This document shows positions 59,098 through 64,000 of a DNA stretch of 64,000 bases, piece by piece. The number at the start of each line of letters is the position of its first letter. Position 1 is the first letter of the stretch. The stretch comes from Cellvibrionaceae bacterium. Lineage in GTDB: Bacteria; Pseudomonadota; Gammaproteobacteria; Pseudomonadales; Cellvibrionaceae. The position numbers and the translations under genes were made by a program. The DNA is taken from the NCBI GenBank assembly GCA_034112445.1, contig JAWUVI010000021.1, forward strand, positions 12,815 through 76,814. Direction: 5' to 3'. Under the pieces are notes generated by a model. The model saw only the letters and a program-made list of their open reading frames with translations, was not told the DNA's origin and did not search any database.

Positions 59098-59178
59098 CTT
59101 TGGTTTTAACGTTTGTTTTACTTAATTTTTAAGCTTTAAATTTTCTAGCAACTTGGTTCTAATCAATCAACGGCCAAC

Positions 59179-60507
59179 TCATTGCAGCCAGCCATTAATA
59201 AATTCTATGTCCGTATCGATCAGTACGCCGGCGGCGCGCTTTAAACGGATGTAGTTAATGGCGTAATCATTGCGGGCAGCAATGTAATTTTGCTGAGCGC
59301 TGGCAAGATCTTGCTGAGCATCTAACACCGCAATAATGCTGTACAAGCCCGTTTGAAAACCGCGCTCTTTGTTGTCTAACACCGCGTTCTGCGCCACAAC
59401 CGTCTGCTTAAGTGCTTTGATTTGAGCGATATTAGCTACGATACCCTGAAACGAGGATTGCGCTTGGTTCTGCACAGTACGCTGAGCCAACACGATGTCT
59501 TCTTGAGCTTTATACATCCGCTGATAGGCTTCACGACGACGCGAAGAAACGGCGCCACCTTGGTAAAGAGGCAGATCAAATTTAAGCGTCAGATCTTCTT
59601 GTTCGATATCATTCAAACCACCGTACAAAGACCCCTCTTTGACTTGCGTAAAATTCTGCATCGTCAATGACAAGGTTGGGTAATGCCCTGCCGTTTGCGC
59701 TTTGATTTCATAGCGAGCTTCTTCTTGCTTTTTCTGTGCGATTTTTACGTCAGGGTTATTGGCTAAACCTTGGGTAATCCAAGCTTCTGGATCGGCTGGT
59801 TCAGGTAATACCAAGGGTATTTGATCGCGCATAGCCGCTAGCGGCTCAGGCAAACGCCCAATAATTTCAAACAACGCATAACGTGCGTCGTTGTAAGCCT
59901 TGTTAAATTCACTTTGTTTGGCCACAGAGGACAAATAGCGAGCTTCCGCATCGTTCACTTCAGCCGAACGGCCTATGCCCGCCGAGTGACTTTTTTGTGC
60001 GTACTGCAAGTGTCTTTTCAGTGCCGCTTTTTCAGCGCCTATGGAGGCCAATTGCTCACGAGCCTTAATTGATTCAAAATAGGCTTCCGCTACCCGCAGC
60101 AACAAATCTTGGCTGGCCTTTTCAAACTCTGAATCAGCGCGCGTATTAGCCGCTTTCGACTGACCGTAACGCATCCAGTATTCATAGTTAAAAATAGATT
60201 GAGACAGCGTTAATGAATTGGTTTCAGAGGTGAAATTCTGAGCACCCGTTGAACCGAACACCGTATCACTGGTTTCGTTAATTGTTTGATCTGATTCAGT
60301 ATTTTCTATCGAATAAGACAGGCTAGGTAACAATCTAGCTCGGGCTTGCTTTATCCCTTCAGCGGTTGCTGCGCGCTCAAAGCCAGCTCCACGAAACATA
60401 GGGTCTGATTGTTTGGCCAGCGTCATTATGTCGACCAGATCTTCTGACCAACTGGTGGCGGCAACTGTCATGGCTACTGCAAATGCACATCCGTGAACCA
60501 ACTTCAT
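59179..60507 (-). CDS. TolC-family outer-membrane efflux/type I secretion duct protein
   Basis: 442 aa. Signal peptide (MKLVHGCAFAVAMTVAATSWSED). Two-fold internal repeat of the helix-rich TolC pattern (LPSLSYSIENTES..., YPTLSLTMQN..., LDAQQDLASAQQNYIAARNDYAINYIRLKRAAG). GAGGG Shine-Dalgarno. It lies 82 nt upstream of the giant ORF. Confidence 0.85.
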   Translation of the reverse strand: MKLVHGCAFAVAMTVAATSWSEDLVDIMTLAKQSDPMFRGAGFERAATAEGIKQARARLLPSLSYSIENTESDQTINETSDTVFGSTGAQNFTSETNSLTLSQSIFNYEYWMRYGQSKAANTRADSEFEKASQDLLLRVAEAYFESIKAREQLASIGAEKAALKRHLQYAQKSHSAGIGRSAEVNDAEARYLSSVAKQSEFNKAYNDARYALFEIIGRLPEPLAAMRDQIPLVLPEPADPEAWITQGLANNPDVKIAQKKQEEARYEIKAQTAGHYPTLSLTMQNFTQVKEGSLYGGLNDIEQEDLTLKFDLPLYQGGAVSSRRREAYQRMYKAQEDIVLAQRTVQNQAQSSFQGIVANIAQIKALKQTVVAQNAVLDNKERGFQTGLYSIIAVLDAQQDLASAQQNYIAARNDYAINYIRLKRAAGVLIDTDIEFINGWLQ

Positions 60508-60543
60508 CCCAAAACCCTCATTATTTTTTAATAATTATTATGA

Positions 60544-61053
60544 TTAAACTGCACTCAAACGAATGCCATACACCTGATAACTGTCACTGCGAATGGCCAG
60601 AGTGATTTTTAACTCACCCTCATCACCAAATTCACTTTGTGGAGAAAACTCAATTTCGTAATGGAGCACAAACACTCGAGCGTTACCTTTGGTGGCCGCC
60701 AAGGTCGAATAATTGTATGAACCCGATTCAATCGAGTGGAATGCTTTGCGTAACTTTTGGAACTCGGAGGTTATGTCTTCTCGAGTTAATTTGGCCTTAG
60801 TCGCCGAACCGAATAAATCGTATAATTTTTGGTCGTCGTTTTTGTTAAACGCATAGGTAAATTGCGACAACAAATGCCTGCGAATATCGGGAGTGATTAT
60901 GTCGGGAAGTTGATTATCTGAAGTCGATTGCGAGGCGTTTTGCGACGATATTTGGAGAGAGTTTTTAGCACTTATGTTTTGCTGGCCGAACCATACCGTG
61001 GCTGACAGATTCGTCAACAGAAGCACCACGACTAAAGCCCTAAAAAAGGTCAC
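60544..61053 (-). CDS. Hypothetical exported or membrane-anchored protein (first gene of the cluster)
   Basis: 169-aa ORF with a GTG start preceded by GGGAAG. N-terminal hydrophobic helix ALVVVLLLTNLSATVWF, a Ser/Gln-rich linker and then a ~110-aa globular part. It is 36 nt from the tolC-like gene. No family recognised. Confidence 0.55.
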   Translation of the reverse strand: MTFFRALVVVLLLTNLSATVWFGQQNISAKNSLQISSQNASQSTSDNQLPDIITPDIRRHLLSQFTYAFNKNDDQKLYDLFGSATKAKLTREDITSEFQKLRKAFHSIESGSYNYSTLAATKGNARVFVLHYEIEFSPQSEFGDEGELKITLAIRSDSYQVYGIRLSAV

Positions 61054-61288
61054 AAATAAACTTCCCGCTGATCAAAAAAACTCGTTTAAAAGCTCAACCT
61101 ACCGACAATAATTGAGGCTTCCATTCAGCAAATAGCTTCAACAAAATTAAAAACAAACGTAGCAAAAATAAAATACACAATAAAAACAATAAGTTAGAGC
61201 GCAATCTTAATGTAAAAAACATACCCACAAATCGGTAGGAATGATGTATCTTGCGCCACTAAATGATCAAAGGCAAGGCGCAAAATAC

Positions 61289-61876
61289 CTATGAAAAATA
61301 GGCATTAGTCCGGTCAGTATGATCCGTCATATCGCGCACACCTTTTACATCTGGAACCTTCTCCATAAGGGTCTTTTCAACACCTTCTTTCAAGGTCAAA
61401 TCAACTGAACTACACCCCTGACAACCACCGCCAAATTGCAACACAGCAAAGCCATCTTCAGTAAAGGTTTCTAGACTGACATTACCGCCGTGCGAGGCCA
61501 AACCTGGGTTGATATCGTTATACAAAACGTAATTAATTCGATCTTCTATTGGGCTGTCGTCATTCACTTGCGGCATTTTTGAATTAGGTGCGCGAATCGT
61601 CAGCTGACCACCCATGCGATCGGGTGAATAATCAACTTTGGCGTCCACTAAAAAGGCCAAGCTACGCTCTTCAAAATAAGCGGGAAAGCGTGTGTACTCG
61701 ACTTTAATATCGCCTTCTTGCACTTCATCTGGGCGACTATAAGCAATACACGTTTCGGCTTGCGGGGTTCCTGGATTTGCGACAAACATGCGAATACCAA
61801 TCCCTTCACAATCCTGCTTCTCAAGTAATTCACCTAAATAATCTTGCGCAGAATCTGTAATTGTTACATTGACCAT
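61289..61876 (-). CDS. nfuA: Fe/S cluster biogenesis protein NfuA
   Basis: 195 aa, colinear with E. coli NfuA ([79 protein letters not shown]). Confidence 0.9.
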   Translation of the reverse strand: MVNVTITDSAQDYLGELLEKQDCEGIGIRMFVANPGTPQAETCIAYSRPDEVQEGDIKVEYTRFPAYFEERSLAFLVDAKVDYSPDRMGGQLTIRAPNSKMPQVNDDSPIEDRINYVLYNDINPGLASHGGNVSLETFTEDGFAVLQFGGGCQGCSSVDLTLKEGVEKTLMEKVPDVKGVRDMTDHTDRTNAYFS

Positions 61877-61927
61877 GTTAATGCTTATCCAAAGTAGAGT
61901 TAGGCTGTAGAAAATTGAAACCTAATT

Positions 61928-61988
61928 ATTGAAATCGAGTTAAAGTTGAAACCGAGTTAAAAGTTGAAACCGAGTTAAAAGTTGAAAC
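61928..61988. repeat. About 3.5 tandem copies of an 18-bp unit in the nfuA-metH divergent intergenic region
   Basis: ATTGAAATCGAGTTAAA / GTTGAAACCGAGTTAAAA / GTTGAAACCGAGTTAAAA / GTTGAAAC. A related ATTGAAACC lies just upstream at about 61913. Confidence 0.85.
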
Positions 61989-62062
61989 TTATATCACCTA
62001 TTCTACAGTGAAATACTCAGGTATAAAAACACACTTATTGTAGGGTTTTGCCACACCAACCT

Positions 62063-62090
62063 ATCTATATCAAAATATATTGATATAGAT
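62063..62090. promoter_or_regulatory. Operator-like palindrome (11-bp arms, 6-bp spacer) 43 bp upstream of metH
   Basis: ATCTATATCAA-aatata-TTGATATAGAT. Perfect inverted repeat in the AT-rich promoter region. The binding factor is unknown. Confidence 0.4.
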
Positions 62091-62132
62091 TATCATACCG
62101 ACTTAACCGACTGATATTTAGAGCCTTTTACT

Positions 62133-64000
62133 ATGTCCAACCTTGTGATTGAACGCACCCAACGTATTGCTAACCTGCATGAAATCCTTAAGCAACGCAT
62201 CATGATTCTTGATGGCGGCATGGGAACCATGATTCAGGGACACAAACTACAAGAAAGTGATTATCGCGGTGCGCGTTTTGCCGACTATCACATGGATATA
62301 GCCGGCAATAATGACTTGCTGTCTATCACTCAGCCGGATCTTATTAGACAGATCCATATTGACTATATGGAAGCTGGCGCTGACATCATTGAAACCAATA
62401 CCTTTAACGCCACCCAGATATCCATGTCTGATTATGAGATGGAAAGCCTTGCTCATGAATTAAATGTGGCCTCCACCAAGCTTGCCCGTGAAGCGGCTGA
62501 TGAAATGACGGCCCGCGATCCTTCACGTCCGCGCTATGTCGCCGGTGTTGTTGGCCCTACCAGTCGTACCTGCTCTATCTCACCGGACGTTAATGACCCC
62601 AGCGCCCGTAACATTACTTTTGATGAGCTGGTCGAGAACTACATAGAAGCCACTGACGGACTAGTAAAAGGCGGAGCCGACATAATATTAATTGAGACCG
62701 TATTTGATACGCTCAACGCCAAAGCCGCGGTATTTGCCGTTAAAGAATACTTTGAACGCGAAGGTATTGAGCTGCCCATTATGATCTCAGGTACGATTAC
62801 CGATGCATCAGGCCGTACCCTATCAGGTCAAACCACCGAAGCTTTTTATAATGCATTGGCACACGCAAAACCTCTTTCTATCGGTCTGAACTGCGCTCTA
62901 GGAGCCAAGCAATTGCGTCAGTACGTACAAGAGCTGTCTCGTATTGCCGAGTGTCATGTTTCTGCTCATCCTAATGCTGGCCTGCCTAATGAGTTTGGCG
63001 AGTACGATGAGACACCAGAAGAAATGGCCGACGTAGTAGAAGAATTCGCGTCCAGCGGCTTTGTTAACATCATTGGCGGCTGCTGCGGCACTGCTCCTGC
63101 CCACATTAAAGCCATTGCCGATAAGGTGGCACAACATCCACCACGAGCACTTCCTGACATAGAGCCCGCTTGTCGCTTGTCTGGTCTTGAGCCATTCAAC
63201 ATCACTAACGACTCTTTATTCGTCAATGTGGGTGAACGCTGCAATGTCACTGGTTCAGCGCGGTTTAAGCGTCTCATTGTTGAAGGCGATTACGATACCG
63301 CATTAGAAGTTGCCCTAGAGCAAGTAGAGAACGGCGCGCAAATAATTGACATCAATATGGACGAAGGCATGCTTGATGGCGAAGCGGCTATGGTTAAGTT
63401 TTTAAACTTAATTGCCGGTGAACCCGACATTTCTCGCGTTCCTATTATGGTTGATTCATCTAAGTGGGAAGTCATCGAGGCTGGTCTGAAATGTATTCAA
63501 GGCAAACCTATCGTTAACTCCATCAGCATGAAAGAAGGCGAAGCTGAATTTATTGCCAAAGCCCAACTGTGCCAGAAATACGGTGCGGCGATCATCGTCA
63601 TGGCTTTTGATGAAGACGGTCAGGCTGACACCAAACAACGTAAAATTGAAATCTGTGAGCGCTCTTATCGAATTTTGGTAGATAAAGTGGGCTTTAACCC
63701 CGCCGACATTATTTTCGATCCAAACATATTTGCTGTAGCTACCGGCATTGATGAGCACAACAATTACGCCGTTGATTTTATTGAAGCGACCCAGTGGATT
63801 CGTCAAAACCTACCCCACGCTGGCGTATCGGGCGGCGTATCGAATGTGTCATTTTCATTTCGTGGCAACAATCCCGTTCGCGAAGCTATTCACTCTGTCT
63901 TTTTATACCACGCCATCAAAGCCGGCATGAACATGGGCATTGTGAACGCCAGCCAATTGGCCGTATACGATGACCTGCCCGCTGAATTACGTAACACAGT
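62133..64000 (+). CDS. metH: Cobalamin-dependent methionine synthase MetH (5' part; continues past the right edge)
   Basis: ATG at 62133 with an open frame to the window end. It is absent from the ORF track because no stop lies in the window. The translation [35 protein letters not shown]...[10 protein letters not shown]...[11 protein letters not shown]...[17 protein letters not shown]...[22 protein letters not shown] is colinear with E. coli MetH through the Hcy-binding and pterin-binding domains. Confidence 0.9.
   Translation, partial: MSNLVIERTQRIANLHEILKQRIMILDGGMGTMIQGHKLQESDYRGARFADYHMDIAGNNDLLSITQPDLIRQIHIDYMEAGADIIETNTFNATQISMSDYEMESLAHELNVASTKLAREAADEMTARDPSRPRYVAGVVGPTSRTCSISPDVNDPSARNITFDELVENYIEATDGLVKGGADIILIETVFDTLNAKAAVFAVKEYFEREGIELPIMISGTITDASGRTLSGQTTEAFYNALAHAKPLSIGLNCALGAKQLRQYVQELSRIAECHVSAHPNAGLPNEFGEYDETPEEMADVVEEFASSGFVNIIGGCCGTAPAHIKAIADKVAQHPPRALPDIEPACRLSGLEPFNITNDSLFVNVGERCNVTGSARFKRLIVEGDYDTALEVALEQVENGAQIIDINMDEGMLDGEAAMVKFLNLIAGEPDISRVPIMVDSSKWEVIEAGLKCIQGKPIVNSISMKEGEAEFIAKAQLCQKYGAAIIVMAFDEDGQADTKQRKIEICERSYRILVDKVGFNPADIIFDPNIFAVATGIDEHNNYAVDFIEATQWIRQNLPHAGVSGGVSNVSFSFRGNNPVREAIHSVFLYHAIKAGMNMGIVNASQLAVYDDLPAELRNT

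Noticed and set aside
23354-59132. Dozens of 60-185-aa plus-strand ORFs inside the giant gene (for example 40163-40675, 49259-49816, 51167-51631 and 45770-46174).
   Set aside because: All lie antisense to, or out of frame with, one continuous 35.9-kb ORF that has strong protein-level repeat structure. Their translations are low-complexity Ser/Pro/Thr/Val strings, as expected from the complement of Gly/Asp/Thr codons. No start context or motifs support them.
15942-61053. Interpreting the cluster as a canonical LapBCE/HlyBD-TolC type I secretion locus.
   Set aside because: No ORF in the window has ABC-transporter features (no NBD with Walker A plus an LSGGQ signature, and no six-TM ABC membrane domain). 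The canonical label cannot be supported from this sequence. An ABC component could still exist elsewhere in the genome.
15942-61053. Whether the 45-kb cluster is a mobile genomic island.
   Set aside because: No integrase, transposase, tRNA gene, IS element or flanking direct repeats were seen at the borders. Base composition looks similar to the flanks by eye. Only the structured spacer at 15790-15900 marks a boundary. Horizontal origin is neither supported nor excluded.
61054-61288. A defined sigma70 promoter for the secretion cluster and an intrinsic terminator for nfuA in the A-rich 235-bp spacer.
   Set aside because: Only weak candidates were seen (TTGCTG-N17-TTGTCG, and a 7-bp stem TTGCGCC/GGCGCAA with a 20-nt loop and no U-tract). 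These are too weak to annotate without transcript mapping.
61990-62132. A cobalamin riboswitch or attenuator upstream of metH.
   Set aside because: The leader is short and AT-rich. I could find neither a B12-box-like conserved core nor extended pairing. B12 riboswitches classically control metE or btuB rather than metH.

Overview
64-kb window from an AT-rich gammaproteobacterial chromosome. Clear orthologs of E. coli TrmA, RmuC, AroF, NfuA and MetH are present; a marine Alteromonadales-like origin is only an inference. The left 15.8 kb holds ordinary housekeeping and signalling genes: a PAS histidine kinase, a flavin reductase, trmA, rmuC, a HAMP-PAS-GGDEF-EAL protein, an AddB/AddA-type helicase-nuclease pair and a DAHP synthase. 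The right 3 kb holds nfuA and the 5' part of metH. The central 45 kb (15942-61053) is one co-directional minus-strand cluster built around a single 35.9-kb ORF. That ORF encodes an 11,951-aa acidic calcium-binding (RTX-type) repeat protein with a DUF4347-like N-terminal domain. The cluster order is: small exported protein, TolC-family outer-membrane protein, giant protein, 95-aa DUF3467-like protein, GAF-like/HlyD adaptor, M50-metalloprotease/HlyD fusion, truncated SecA-like ATPase, signal-peptide HlyD-like adaptor. The last four genes are tightly packed or overlapping. Giant RTX proteins are normally exported by an ABC transporter plus a membrane-fusion protein plus a TolC-like protein. This window has no ABC transporter, and the only ATPase in the cluster is the SecA-like motor. 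I propose this as a candidate non-canonical, T1SS-like export or processing apparatus for the giant protein; this is a hypothesis and is not demonstrated. No rRNA, tRNA, CRISPR array, transposase or integrase was seen. All domain calls come from reading motifs by eye, because no database search was possible.
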